From Candidatus Microgenomatus auricola (GTDB lineage Bacteria; Patescibacteriota; Patescibacteriia; SBBC01), in the NCBI GenBank assembly GCA_005239865.1, contig SBBC01000013.1:36759-100758 (forward strand): a stretch of DNA of 64,000 bases. Direction: 5' to 3'. The stretch's first letter is position 1, and each line of letters starts with the position of its first letter. The position numbers and the translations under genes are program-made. A model generated the notes under the pieces. The model did not search any database, was not told where the DNA came from, and saw only the letters and a program-made list of their open reading frames with translations. Below are positions 36,536 through 46,918 of the stretch, in pieces.

Positions 36536-37543
36536 ATGTTCATCAAGCGCATCGGCATTGATCTCGGCACCACCAACACTCTCGTTCACCTCCCGGGCAA
36601 GGGGATTGTCTTGAATGAACCGTCAGTAGTCGCGATCTCACTCACCGATCGCAAGATCCTAGCGGTCGGCAACGAGGCCAAGGAGATGATCGGCCGGACA
36701 CCCGATTCAATTGTCGCCTTGCGACCGCTGAAAGATGGCGTGATTGCCGATTATCGCACGACCGAAGCGATGCTCCGTTACTTTATCAATAAAGCCACGG
36801 GCGGCATTCACATTTTTCGGCCAGAGGTTATGATTGCTGTGCCGGCCGGTATCACCTCGACCGAACGACGAGCAGTCATCGACGCGACGATCGCTGCCGG
36901 AGCTAGAGCCGCCTACATCATCAAAGAACCGATTGCCGCTGCTATCGGTTCGAACATTCCGATCGGCTCGGCGTCCGGACACATGATCATTGACGTCGGC
37001 GGCGGGACGACCGAGATCGCTGTCATTAGTTTGGGCGGCATTGTGGCCAATACCAGCGTCCGGATTGGTGGCAACAAGCTCGACGCCGCGATCCAAGAGT
37101 TTATCCGTAAAAAGTATGGGCTGGCGATCGGCGAGCGGACGGCTGAAGAAATGAAAATCTCGATCGGCTCAGCCACACCACTTGAACCGAAACTCTCGAT
37201 GGAAATCCGCGGCCGGGACGTCGTCAGCGGTCTGCCGCGGACGATGACCGTGATGTCGGACGATGTGACGGAAGCAATCGAGGATGAGCTCAGCGGCGTC
37301 ATTCAAGCAGTCAAACAAGTGCTTCAGGAGACGCCGCCCGAACTTTCAGCCGACGTCATTGACAAAGGCATGGTCCTGTCTGGCGGGTCGGCCCAACTCC
37401 GACAACTCGACCGTCTCCTCGCCACCGCGACCGGCGTCCCAACCTACGTAGCTGAAGAACCCCTTCTGTCGGTCGCGCGCGGGACCGGCATCGCACTCGA
37501 CAACCTCGAATCGTATAAACGTAGCATCCTGGCGGCGAAGTAA
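36536..37543 (+). CDS. mreB: Rod shape-determining protein MreB/Mbl (paralog 1)
   Basis: GIDLGTTNT, NEPSVVA, RPLKDGVIAD, EPIAAAIG and DVGGGTTE. Confidence 0.95.
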   Translation: MFIKRIGIDLGTTNTLVHLPGKGIVLNEPSVVAISLTDRKILAVGNEAKEMIGRTPDSIVALRPLKDGVIADYRTTEAMLRYFINKATGGIHIFRPEVMIAVPAGITSTERRAVIDATIAAGARAAYIIKEPIAAAIGSNIPIGSASGHMIIDVGGGTTEIAVISLGGIVANTSVRIGGNKLDAAIQEFIRKKYGLAIGERTAEEMKISIGSATPLEPKLSMEIRGRDVVSGLPRTMTVMSDDVTEAIEDELSGVIQAVKQVLQETPPELSADVIDKGMVLSGGSAQLRQLDRLLATATGVPTYVAEEPLLSVARGTGIALDNLESYKRSILAAK

Positions 37544-37547
37544 AGGC

Positions 37548-38735
37548 ATGGTCATTGGTATCGACGCTTCGCGAGCCAACGTCCGTCAACGGACCGGGAC
37601 CGAGTGGTATTCCCTTCAGATTATCCGAGGACTGGTTGAGCAAGACCGAAGCCAACGTTTCGTTCTCTACCTCAAAGAAGAACCACGACCAGAGCTTCAA
37701 CATCTCGGACCGCATATCGAGCTGCGAATTCTTCGCTGGCCGCCTCGTTTCCTTTGGAACATCATCCGCTTATCGTGGGAGATGATCCGCCGCCCACCCG
37801 ATGTCCTGTTTGTGCCCGCTCACACAATTCCGCTCATCCATCCGCAAAAAACAGTTGTCACGCTCCATGATATCGGCTTCGAGCGGTTTCCCAACCTGTA
37901 TAGCCAAACCCGGATCGGCGGACAAACCATAGTCGGGTCGATCCTTCATCTCCTAGCCCGTCTCTTCACGCTCGGGCGGTACGGCAACAGCGAGCTCGAT
38001 TACCATCGCTGGTCGGCCCGTTTTGCCCTCAGCCACGCCCGCACCATCATCACGGTTTCCGAGTTTTCAAAGCGCGAAATCGCCGACGTCTATGGTGTCC
38101 CAAAAAACCAGATTGCCGTCGTCTACCATGGATTCGACCAGGCCCTGTATCGGCGGCCGTCTGATAAGCGAATCACCGAGATTCAACGACATTTTCACTT
38201 GCGTCGTCCGTATATCGTCTTTACTGGGCGCCTGGAAAAAAAGAAAAACATCGTCGGACTTCTCCAGGCGTTTGCTCACGCTCGTCATCATCTTCCCGAA
38301 CTTGAGCTCGTCCTCATCGGTCACGAAGGTCTCGGCTGGGACGAGGCCCGTATCGAACTCCGTCAACATGGCCTATCGAACGCCGCTCACGTGCTGGGTT
38401 GGCAACCGCCAGAGATTGCCATCCCGCTCCTGGCCGGGGCCGCCGCGCTCGTGTTCCTCTCGCAGTATGAAGGATTCGGAATGCCGTTGCTTGAGGCCTT
38501 TGCCCTGGGCGTACCGGTCGTCGCCTCCGCCTCAAGCGCGCTACCAGAAATCGGCGGGGCCGCTCCGTTGTTCGTTCAGCCCAACGTCCCGGCCGAAGCC
38601 GGACGCGCAATTGTGAAGATCATCACGAGCCGATCGCTGCGTCAACACCGGATTGCGCTCGGCTACGAGCAGGTCGCGTCGTTCACCTGGGAACGGGCTG
38701 CCCGGACGACACTCGAGATTCTCCGCCGAACGTAG
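37548..38735 (+). CDS. GT4 glycosyltransferase
   Basis: IGIDA..TG.E.Y, VVTLHD, GRLE.KKN and YEGFGMPLLEA. Confidence 0.92.
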   Translation: MVIGIDASRANVRQRTGTEWYSLQIIRGLVEQDRSQRFVLYLKEEPRPELQHLGPHIELRILRWPPRFLWNIIRLSWEMIRRPPDVLFVPAHTIPLIHPQKTVVTLHDIGFERFPNLYSQTRIGGQTIVGSILHLLARLFTLGRYGNSELDYHRWSARFALSHARTIITVSEFSKREIADVYGVPKNQIAVVYHGFDQALYRRPSDKRITEIQRHFHLRRPYIVFTGRLEKKKNIVGLLQAFAHARHHLPELELVLIGHEGLGWDEARIELRQHGLSNAAHVLGWQPPEIAIPLLAGAAALVFLSQYEGFGMPLLEAFALGVPVVASASSALPEIGGAAPLFVQPNVPAEAGRAIVKIITSRSLRQHRIALGYEQVASFTWERAARTTLEILRRT

Positions 38736-38738
38736 GAC

Positions 38739-38767
38739 TTGCCGGTTCTTCGTGTTTCTGCTACAGT
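38739..38767 (+). promoter_or_regulatory. Putative holB promoter
   Basis: TTGCCG-17 bp-TACAGT with TG extension. Confidence 0.5.
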
Positions 38768-38813
38768 AGCAGTCACGAAAAACTCCTCGGCCAGTTCAAG
38801 CCTGCGCAAATCC

Positions 38814-39839
38814 ATGACATTAGGAAAGCGAGCGACCGCGCCTTCTGTTCTTCGGCCTGACGAACGGTGGGGCGTAATTGGTAACCGCGATCGCCTAGAA
38901 CGATTACAACGCCTGGTCCACCAGGGGCTCGACAGCCACGCTTTTTTGTTTATCGGTCCGCGCGGCATTGGAAAAACGACTATGGCTCGAGCCTTTGCCA
39001 GCGCCTTGCTCTGCGAACGACCGCAGGCGGGAACGGCTTGCGGCGATTGCGTACAATGTGCAGCCCTTAGTCAAGAACGACACCCAGACATCATCGAATT
39101 CACGACGGCGGGTAAACGACTTGGCATCGCCGACGTTCGCCTGGTGCTTCGAACCCTAGAACGACGTCCGACGCTGGCCGCTCGGCGGATCGCGATCCTC
39201 GACCGGGCCGAATTCATGACCGAGGAAGCGGCCAACGCCCTCCTCAAAGTCCTCGAGGAGCCGCGTGGTGACACCGTCCTCCTCCTGACCGCAACCAGTA
39301 CGAGCCGTCTGCCAGCCACCGTGGTCTCCCGCTGCTCACTCCAACACCTGACGGTCGTGGCGAATGAGCTGATTCGCCAGCGCCTAGTCGAACAAGGGGT
39401 CAAAAAAGCCGAGGCCACCGATCTGGCCGTCTTCTCTGACGGACGGCCGGCCTTCGCGATCTTCCTGGCGGAACAACGCGGGGCCTACGAACAGGCGCTG
39501 GGGGACACTCGGCAGTTCCTCGACCTCTTTCAGACCTCACTCCATGAACGGTTCGCCTTCGCCGAAACACTCGGGCCGCGATGTGCGGAAATCCAGTCAA
39601 GCGAAACCCTGATCGAACGGTGGGAATCAATTTGTCGACGTCTGCTCCATCTGACGCTTGGTCGCAATGATCGGGGGCCGCTCGCCGAACAGCTGCGGGT
39701 ACTGACTCGACGCCTAACGCTCCCAGCGCTCCTCACAACCTTTGATCATCTGCGCAGGCTCCGCGAACAGCTTCATCCCTCGGGCAACGCCCGACTCCTC
39801 CTCGAATCGCTGTTTCTTCATCTTCCGCGACTGGTATGA
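38814..39839 (+). CDS. holB: DNA polymerase III subunit delta'
   Basis: HAFLF.GP.GIGK, C...CG.C..C, HPD, AANALLK.LEEP and LPATVVSRC. Confidence 0.9.
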   Translation: MTLGKRATAPSVLRPDERWGVIGNRDRLERLQRLVHQGLDSHAFLFIGPRGIGKTTMARAFASALLCERPQAGTACGDCVQCAALSQERHPDIIEFTTAGKRLGIADVRLVLRTLERRPTLAARRIAILDRAEFMTEEAANALLKVLEEPRGDTVLLLTATSTSRLPATVVSRCSLQHLTVVANELIRQRLVEQGVKKAEATDLAVFSDGRPAFAIFLAEQRGAYEQALGDTRQFLDLFQTSLHERFAFAETLGPRCAEIQSSETLIERWESICRRLLHLTLGRNDRGPLAEQLRVLTRRLTLPALLTTFDHLRRLREQLHPSGNARLLLESLFLHLPRLV

Positions 39840-40909
39840 CCGAGTCCCTGCAACGCATCCTGGTTGTCCCCGCCCTGCTCTTTCTTGTCGCCGCCGGCTG
39901 TTCCATCAACATCCGAACAGTCAAACAGGCCGACGGCGGAGTCTTTCGTTCCGACGATGCCGGTCTAACCTGGCGGCAAGTCGTCCAAGCCGGCACGACG
40001 GAGAAAGGAAAGCCGATCACACTTGACAACGTGGACGTCGCTTTCACGAAATTCGATCCGAACGATGCCGCCATCATCTACCTGGCCACCCGTGGCAGCG
40101 GCTTGTACCGATCGGACGACGCTGGCGAACAATGGGTCAAGACCGGACTGGGAATGAGCACTCCAGCGGCGCTGGCCATTGACCCGCAGACGACCTCCAT
40201 CCTCTACGCTGCCAGCGGCGGAACGATTGCAAAAACGACCGACGGCGGAGCCCACTGGTCGCCGATCTATTTTGAGACGAAACCTGACCGATTGATTACT
40301 GACCTGGTGGTTCGACCGACACGTCCCAACGAAGTCCTGGCTGCGACAAGCACCGCTGAAGTTCTGCTGAGCAAGGACTACGGTAATACCTGGCAACTCT
40401 ACTCCTCGCTCAACGTTGCCGACCGGATTGTCCAGCTCGTGTTCGCGACCGGCGATGTGACCACGCTCTACGCTCAAACTTCGGCCAACGCCTTGCTCAA
40501 GTCGGCGGACGGCGGCACCACCTGGACATCACTGAAACCATCCCTCAACGCCTATCCAAAAGCGGCATCAGTGGCGTCGTTCGCGATGATGCCTAACACA
40601 CCGGAAATCCTCTATATCGCCACTGGCTACGGCTTGTTGCAAACGACCGATGGCGGAACAACCTGGCGACCTATCCAGACGCTGGTGCCGTTCGCCAGCC
40701 AACCACTCCAATTCGTGGCGGTCAATCCGGAGAATCAGCGGGTCCTCTACGTAATTGTCGGCAACCGGCTGCGAAAGTCCGAGGATGGCGGCACGAACTG
40801 GGACGCGAAAATTACTATCCCCACCGGCCGACTCATTTCCTCACTGGCACTCAACCCAAAAAACCCGAATCAAGTATTTATTGGCACGGTCAAACCGAAG
40901 AAACGATAA
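39836..40909 (+). CDS. Putative lipoprotein with BNR/Asp-box beta-propeller (Ycf48/VPS10-like)
   Basis: Lipobox-like LVAAGC; about 7 S/T.D.G.TW repeats. Confidence 0.82.
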   Translation: MTESLQRILVVPALLFLVAAGCSINIRTVKQADGGVFRSDDAGLTWRQVVQAGTTEKGKPITLDNVDVAFTKFDPNDAAIIYLATRGSGLYRSDDAGEQWVKTGLGMSTPAALAIDPQTTSILYAASGGTIAKTTDGGAHWSPIYFETKPDRLITDLVVRPTRPNEVLAATSTAEVLLSKDYGNTWQLYSSLNVADRIVQLVFATGDVTTLYAQTSANALLKSADGGTTWTSLKPSLNAYPKAASVASFAMMPNTPEILYIATGYGLLQTTDGGTTWRPIQTLVPFASQPLQFVAVNPENQRVLYVIVGNRLRKSEDGGTNWDAKITIPTGRLISSLALNPKNPNQVFIGTVKPKKR

Positions 40910-40915
40910 TTTCAT

Positions 40916-41458
40916 ATGACGACTTCGCAAGCCCAATTTGAGAGCGTCATTGCGCGACTCCGCCAAGACCTCCAGAACATTCGCGCCGGCCGAGCTAACC
41001 CGGCGATGGTTGAGCACCTTAATGTCGCCGCCTACAATGCCGCGGTGCCACTCGTTCAACTCGCCAGTCTCACCTTGACTGACAGCCGGACGCTCGTCAT
41101 CCAACCATGGGACAAAAACGTACTGAAAGACATCGAGCAGGCAGTCACCCAGGCGAACATCGGGATCACGCCGATCAACGACGGGACCGTCATTCGCCTC
41201 GTCATGCCGCAACTAACTGAAGAACGGCGCCGCGAATACCTGAAACTCCTCAACCAAAAGCTCGAGCACGCGCGGATTGCGGTTCGGAAAGTGCGAGAAG
41301 CACAATTACAGGAACTCCGGGAAAAGAAAAATGACGGAAAAATTTCGGAAGATGCCTTTTTTGCCCAACACAAAGAGCTCCAAAAAGACGTAGACGCCTG
41401 GATGGAAAAAATTCATGACCTCGGCCAGCGCAAAGAGCAAGAATTACTAACGGTCTAA
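40916..41458 (+). CDS. frr: Ribosome recycling factor
   Basis: IRAGRANP, IQPWDK, P.NDG..IR..P.LTEERR and RIAVR.VR. Confidence 0.96.
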   Translation: MTTSQAQFESVIARLRQDLQNIRAGRANPAMVEHLNVAAYNAAVPLVQLASLTLTDSRTLVIQPWDKNVLKDIEQAVTQANIGITPINDGTVIRLVMPQLTEERRREYLKLLNQKLEHARIAVRKVREAQLQELREKKNDGKISEDAFFAQHKELQKDVDAWMEKIHDLGQRKEQELLTV

Positions 41459-41464
41459 CCACCG

Positions 41465-42577
41465 ATGCTAACGCTTCTCATTTTCATCATCGTCATATCA
41501 ATTCTGGTGTTTGTCCATGAGCTCGGACACTTTCTGAGCGCCCGGCGGCTGGGCGTGGCCGTCGAGGAATTCGGTTTCGGCTTCCCGCCCCGGCTCATCG
41601 GGCTGCGCCGAAAAGACACAATCTACTCCATCAACTGGATTCCGTTCGGTGGCTTTGTAAAACTTAAAGGCGAAACGGCCGATCGAACCAGCGACCAGGA
41701 CAGCTTTGCCGCCCAGTCAAAAACCCGGCGGTTCTTAATTTTGAGCGCCGGTGTCATCATGAATTACCTCCTGACCATTGTGCTCTTCACGATCGGTTAC
41801 TCCGTCGGGCTGCCAGCGGCCCATGATCCGACCGCTCCGAATCCAGCGCTCCAAGACATCCGTCCACAAGTGATTCGGGTCGAAGCCGGAAGCCCCGCCG
41901 CCCAAGCCGGACTACGGGTCGGTGACGTCATCATCAGCGCGGCCGACACCCCGGTCAGTAACCCCGAATCGTTAAAAGCCATTCAGGAGCAATATCGCGA
42001 CCGCGATCTACCGCTGGTCATCCGCCACGGCTCGAGCGAACGAACCGTGATCGTCCGTCCCACCCCGACCGAGAACGACGAAATTCGGATCGGCATCGCC
42101 CTCCTCAACATCGGACACCTCCAGTACCCCTTCCCGCAATCACTGCTCGAGGGCACCAAAACCACCCTCAATGTAACCGGGCAAATCTTCGTCTCCTTCG
42201 GTCATCTCCTGCGCGATCTAGTGGTCGACCGTAAAGTCAGCCAAGACGTCTCCGGTCCGGTCGGGATTATAGTTCTAACGCGAGAGGCGTTCAATCTCGG
42301 CTTTCCCTATCTCCTGCAGTTCGTCGCCCTCCTCTCGGCGACGCTGGCGGTCATCAACTTTTTGCCGTTTCCTGGTCTCGACGGTGGACGAGCATTGTTC
42401 GTCACGATTGAGGCCTTTCGCGGTCGGGCCGTCGACCAACGCATCGAATCGCTCGTCCACGTCGTTGGTTTTTACCTTCTGATCGCCCTCGTTCTCCTCG
42501 TGAGTGTCCGCGACGTCCAAAAATTTGGCGTTGGTGAACGGTTGCTCGACGGATTGAAAAACGTCCTCGGGAGATAA
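41465..42577 (+). CDS. rseP: RseP-like M50 intramembrane metalloprotease with PDZ domain
   Basis: HELGH, IPFGGFVK, AGV..N, SPAAQAGL..GD, SGPVGI and NFLPFPGLDGG. Confidence 0.93.
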   Translation: MLTLLIFIIVISILVFVHELGHFLSARRLGVAVEEFGFGFPPRLIGLRRKDTIYSINWIPFGGFVKLKGETADRTSDQDSFAAQSKTRRFLILSAGVIMNYLLTIVLFTIGYSVGLPAAHDPTAPNPALQDIRPQVIRVEAGSPAAQAGLRVGDVIISAADTPVSNPESLKAIQEQYRDRDLPLVIRHGSSERTVIVRPTPTENDEIRIGIALLNIGHLQYPFPQSLLEGTKTTLNVTGQIFVSFGHLLRDLVVDRKVSQDVSGPVGIIVLTREAFNLGFPYLLQFVALLSATLAVINFLPFPGLDGGRALFVTIEAFRGRAVDQRIESLVHVVGFYLLIALVLLVSVRDVQKFGVGERLLDGLKNVLGR

Positions 42578-42582
42578 ACTCA

Positions 42583-43638
42583 ATGTTTGGAAAATTCTTA
42601 AGTAAATTCTCGCGGGACATGGGGATTGATCTGGGCACGAAGAATACCCTCGTCTACGTCAAGGACAAGGGCATCATCATCAATGAACCCTCGGTCGTCG
42701 CCGTCAACAACAAAACTAACCAGATCCTCGCAGTCGGCGAGGAGGCCCGCCGGATGGTCGGAAAAACACCGAGCCACATCGTCGCCATTCGACCGCTGAT
42801 GAGCGGCGTCATCTCCGATTTCGAAGTAACCGAACGAATGTTGAAACACTTCATCGAAAAGGTCAACCGCGAAAGTGCCTCACTCCTTTCCCGGCCGCGC
42901 GTCGTGATCGGGATCCCACTCGGCGTCACCGAGGTCGAGCGCAAAGCGGTGGAAGACGCGACGCTCCACGCCGGCGCCCGGGAAGTATTCCTGATCGAGG
43001 AACCGATGGCGGCGGCCATCGGCGCCCGCCTACCCATTCAGGAGGCCTCCGGAAATATGGTCGTTGACATGGGCGGCGGAACCACCGAAATTGCCATTAT
43101 CTCACTCGGCGGGATTGTTAGTTGGCGATCACTCCGGATCGCCGGCAACGAACTTGACCAGAACATCATTCAGTATGCCCGTGAACACTTCAATCTCCTC
43201 CTCGGTGAACGGACCGCCGAAGAATTGAAAATCAAGATTGGTGGCGTAACCGAGGACGTTGAACTTCTCGAGACGCCGATGCGCGGACGCGACCTCCTGA
43301 CCGGCTTGCCGAAAGAGGTGATCATTTCAACCGCCCACCTCCGTGAGGCCATGAGCCGTTCCATCAACCTGATCATCGAAAACATCAAGGCCACCATCGA
43401 GGCGACGCCGCCCGAACTAGTCGCCGACATTTACTCCCGGGGAATCGTGTTGACTGGCGGGGGAGCACTGCTGCGAGGGTTCGCCCAGGCAATCCAGAAC
43501 GAAACCCATATTCCGGTCCATATCGTTGACGATCCCTTGACCGCGGTGGTCCGCGGCACCGGGATCGTCCTCGATGATCTTGACAATCTTCGCGACATCC
43601 TCGTCCTCTCGACCAACGAATCATCAATAACTAAATAA
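42583..43638 (+). CDS. mreB: Rod shape-determining protein MreB (paralog 2)
   Basis: GIDLGT.NTL, EEPMAAAIGA, DMGGGTTE and LTGGGALL; heads mreC-mreD-pbp2. Confidence 0.96.
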   Translation: MFGKFLSKFSRDMGIDLGTKNTLVYVKDKGIIINEPSVVAVNNKTNQILAVGEEARRMVGKTPSHIVAIRPLMSGVISDFEVTERMLKHFIEKVNRESASLLSRPRVVIGIPLGVTEVERKAVEDATLHAGAREVFLIEEPMAAAIGARLPIQEASGNMVVDMGGGTTEIAIISLGGIVSWRSLRIAGNELDQNIIQYAREHFNLLLGERTAEELKIKIGGVTEDVELLETPMRGRDLLTGLPKEVIISTAHLREAMSRSINLIIENIKATIEATPPELVADIYSRGIVLTGGGALLRGFAQAIQNETHIPVHIVDDPLTAVVRGTGIVLDDLDNLRDILVLSTNESSITK

Positions 43639-43639
43639 C

Positions 43640-44443
43640 GTGCCAGAACCGCGGTTTCATCAGAGCCCGATGGTGCACATGACCGTGGTTGTGGTCGGCA
43701 TTCTTGTCCTCCACTACCTCGGTGCGCTGACCGGCCTTGAACGACTCCTGCTCGCAGGTCTCCGTCCAGTCGGTCGAACCTTAACGTTCTGGTTGACCCA
43801 ACCACCGTCCGATGCCGGTTCAATCGACGAAAAGGAACGGCAGCAACCCGATCTTGAACAGCGACTGGCCGACTTGAGCGTGGAAAATATTGAACTTCGG
43901 TCGGCACTCGAGGCCTTAGGCGAGATCGCGGTGCAGCAAAAATTTTTGGAAGAGCGAAGGTTGAGCGGTGTCACCGGTCGGATTTTTGCCCGGAGTGCCG
44001 ACCCGACGTCGGAATATGTCATGATTGACGCCGGACTGAACGATGGTCTCGAAGTTGGCGCCCCGGCAATCGTCGGACGGGCGATGATCATCGGTCGGGT
44101 AGTGTCGGTCAGTCCTGACACCGCCCGCGTTCTCCTGACCACCGACAACCGCAGCAGTTTCGCCGGCGTGGTAGCAGACAACCCGGCGGCCGAGGGGGTC
44201 GTCAGCGGCAATCGAGGATTATCGCTCCGAATGGAACTCATTCCGCAATCGGAAATTATTCAGCCCCACCAAATTGTCGTTTCTTCGGGCACCGACGCGC
44301 GGGTCCCGCGTGGTCTGATTCTGGGCGAAATTGAGCGGGTCGAAAAACAGCAGGGCGCGCTCTTTCAGTCCGCTACTCTCCGGACGCTCTACCAAACGTC
44401 GCGCCTCGACGCCGTCACGATCTTGCGAATTCAACTCCAATGA
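43640..44443 (+). CDS. mreC: Rod shape-determining protein MreC
   Basis: TM plus coiled coil (L..EN.ELR..L); ID.G..DG, GRV..V and SSG....PRGL..G; start uncertain (43640 or 43670). Confidence 0.88.
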   Translation: MPEPRFHQSPMVHMTVVVVGILVLHYLGALTGLERLLLAGLRPVGRTLTFWLTQPPSDAGSIDEKERQQPDLEQRLADLSVENIELRSALEALGEIAVQQKFLEERRLSGVTGRIFARSADPTSEYVMIDAGLNDGLEVGAPAIVGRAMIIGRVVSVSPDTARVLLTTDNRSSFAGVVADNPAAEGVVSGNRGLSLRMELIPQSEIIQPHQIVVSSGTDARVPRGLILGEIERVEKQQGALFQSATLRTLYQTSRLDAVTILRIQLQ

Positions 44444-44961
44444 AAAAACGCTTGATCATCACTTTGATCGTTTTGGCCGCATTGCTCTTGTCACTCTTCG
44501 CCACACCGTCGATCAATGGACTGACGTACAATCTCTTCGCCGCGGTGCTCATCCTGACGCTCCTCGGCGGAGAAACCCGCCTGGCGTACATCGCCGCTCT
44601 AAGCGGGGGATTCATGGTTGACGTTGTCGCCGCCCACCCATTCGGCACGGCCTTGATTACCTATCCGCTTGGACTCGCGATCACGCGGTGGCTACTTAGA
44701 ACACGTTTCACCAACCGCTCGCTGCTGGCGTATCTGACGCTCACTGTCAGCGGAACGCTAGTCATCGAAACCCTCCTCGTGCTGATCAGCACGATCGGAC
44801 AGATCGCTGACCCGCGTGCGCTCTCGATCACGCTCAATCAAACGTGGTTGATTAGTGTGGCCATCGCCTTGACGCGGAATTTCGTTGTCAGTGTCATTGT
44901 CCACAGCACTTTCCGATTGAGCGGTCAGAGATATGCGACCCTCGCCCAACGGGAATTTTAA
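44440..44961 (+). CDS. mreD: Probable MreD
   Basis: Hydrophobic 173 aa protein with G...D......FG, between mreC and pbp2. Confidence 0.72.
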   Translation: MKKRLIITLIVLAALLLSLFATPSINGLTYNLFAAVLILTLLGGETRLAYIAALSGGFMVDVVAAHPFGTALITYPLGLAITRWLLRTRFTNRSLLAYLTLTVSGTLVIETLLVLISTIGQIADPRALSITLNQTWLISVAIALTRNFVVSVIVHSTFRLSGQRYATLAQREF

Positions 44962-44964
44962 ACG

Positions 44965-46878
44965 ATGAAACGGATTGATCCTTTTTCTCCGGTTCCGCTG
45001 TCCCGCGGCTTACGCCCGATCGTACTCCGACGCGATCAGCGTGGCCATGATCTCGATGAACACCTCACGCCCGCGAAAACCGAGGCCCACATCGGAAGCA
45101 TCGAACTCTTGCAACTTCGAATCATCGTTGTGCTGGTCGCGCTATTTTTCGTTATTTTCGCCCGCGTGACGTACCTTCAAATCGCCCAAGGCGATATCTA
45201 TCGCCTCGCCTCGGAACGAAACCGCGTCCGGTTAGAAACGATCATCGCACCACGCGGGATTATCCTCGACCGTCATGAACAACCTCTCCTCAACAACACC
45301 CCGAACTTCACGCTGGTCGCTATACCAGCCGACCTTCCCGCCGCGGCCGACGAACGACGCGCGATTGTTGATGAACTCGCCGCGACCTTACCGTCGCTCA
45401 ATCGCGACGTTGTGCGCACTGCCCTGCTTGACGCTCCGACCGGTTCGATCCAACCAATCACGCTGTCTGAACACGTGGACTACCACAGCGCCATCCGCCT
45501 CTCGACCACGATCGCCCGAATGCCCGGCGTCTCGCTCGAAACCCTGAGTACACGTTCCTATCCCTATGGGACGGCCTTCGCCCATGTCATAGGCTATCTT
45601 GGCAAACCATCATCCGAAGAACTGGCTGATGATTCGTACCTCTCGCCGCTCTCGGTCATTGGCCGGATGGGGATCGAGCAGTACTACGACGTCGAACTTC
45701 GCGGACGCGACGGCATCCGCGAGGTCGAACGCGATCACCTCAACAAACAGCTGAGCGTGATTGCCAATCGCGATTCGGTGCCGGGTCAGAACCTCGTCCT
45801 GGCGCTCGACCGACCACTCCAGGAAACGCTGAGCGCCGGATTGCACGGCATGGTAAAACGCCTCGGCGTTCCGGGTGGGGCGGCGATCGCACTTGATCCT
45901 CGAAACGGTGAGATCTTGGCAATCGTTTCGGAACCATCGTTTGATCCCAACCTCTTTACCCAGGGCGGCGATTCAACCGCGTTTGATACCATCTTTCAAG
46001 ATCCGGACCACCCCCTCTTCTTCCGCGCTATCAGTGGAGCCTATCCGTCGGGTTCGACCATCAAGCCGGTGATCGCCGCCGCCGGTCTGGCCGAAGGACT
46101 AATCAATGAACGGACAACGGTCAACAGCGTCGGCGGCATCAAAGTCGGTCCGAATTTCTTTCCCGATTGGAAACAAGGCGGACACGGTCTAACCGACGTT
46201 CGCAAAGCGTTGGCCGAATCGGTCAACACTTTTTTCTATATTCTCGGCGGTGGCTTTGAGGATCGTCTCGGATTAGGAGTTGATCGAATCGTTCATTACC
46301 TCGAGCGCTTTGGCCTCGGGAAAAAACTCGGGGTTGATCTGCCAAACGAAACCGGCGGCTTTCTGCCAACTAAGGACTGGCGAAAACGCCCCGGCGCCCA
46401 AGTCTGGTACCTCGGCGACACCTACCATCTCGCAATTGGGCAGGGCTACATCAATCTCACTCCGCTCCAGGTCGCCAGTTACACAGCCGCAATTGCCAAC
46501 GGCGGAACACTCTTCCGGCCGCACCTGCTGAAAAAAATCCTAAGCGCCGATGGCACGGTCGAGCAAGAAACCACGCCAACGGCAATTGGAAAAACTGTTG
46601 ACCCTCAATCGCTCGCTATCGTCCGCTCCGGCATGCGAGAAGCGGTCGTCACCGGTAGCGCCCGCGCGCTCGGCGATCTCCCCGTGCCGGTCGCGGCCAA
46701 GACCGGAACCGCGCAGTTTGGTAGCGGCGGCCGCACGCACGCCTGGCTGACGAGCTTTGCCCCGTATGACCGCCCGGAAATCGTCGTGACCGTCGTCATT
46801 GAAGAGGGTGGCGAGGGGACAATCGCCGCGCTGCCAGTGGCGAAACAAGCGCTGGCGCACTACTTCGGCCGTCGTTAG
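44965..46878 (+). CDS. mrdA: Penicillin-binding protein 2
   Basis: APRG.I.DR, GSTIKP (SxxK), SVN (SxN) and KTGTAQ. Confidence 0.94.
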   Translation: MKRIDPFSPVPLSRGLRPIVLRRDQRGHDLDEHLTPAKTEAHIGSIELLQLRIIVVLVALFFVIFARVTYLQIAQGDIYRLASERNRVRLETIIAPRGIILDRHEQPLLNNTPNFTLVAIPADLPAAADERRAIVDELAATLPSLNRDVVRTALLDAPTGSIQPITLSEHVDYHSAIRLSTTIARMPGVSLETLSTRSYPYGTAFAHVIGYLGKPSSEELADDSYLSPLSVIGRMGIEQYYDVELRGRDGIREVERDHLNKQLSVIANRDSVPGQNLVLALDRPLQETLSAGLHGMVKRLGVPGGAAIALDPRNGEILAIVSEPSFDPNLFTQGGDSTAFDTIFQDPDHPLFFRAISGAYPSGSTIKPVIAAAGLAEGLINERTTVNSVGGIKVGPNFFPDWKQGGHGLTDVRKALAESVNTFFYILGGGFEDRLGLGVDRIVHYLERFGLGKKLGVDLPNETGGFLPTKDWRKRPGAQVWYLGDTYHLAIGQGYINLTPLQVASYTAAIANGGTLFRPHLLKKILSADGTVEQETTPTAIGKTVDPQSLAIVRSGMREAVVTGSARALGDLPVPVAAKTGTAQFGSGGRTHAWLTSFAPYDRPEIVVTVVIEEGGEGTIAALPVAKQALAHYFGRR

Positions 46879-46918
46879 CCAGACACCAGGCCCAAAGAAA
46901 CGAATCCGGAGTGTGGGG

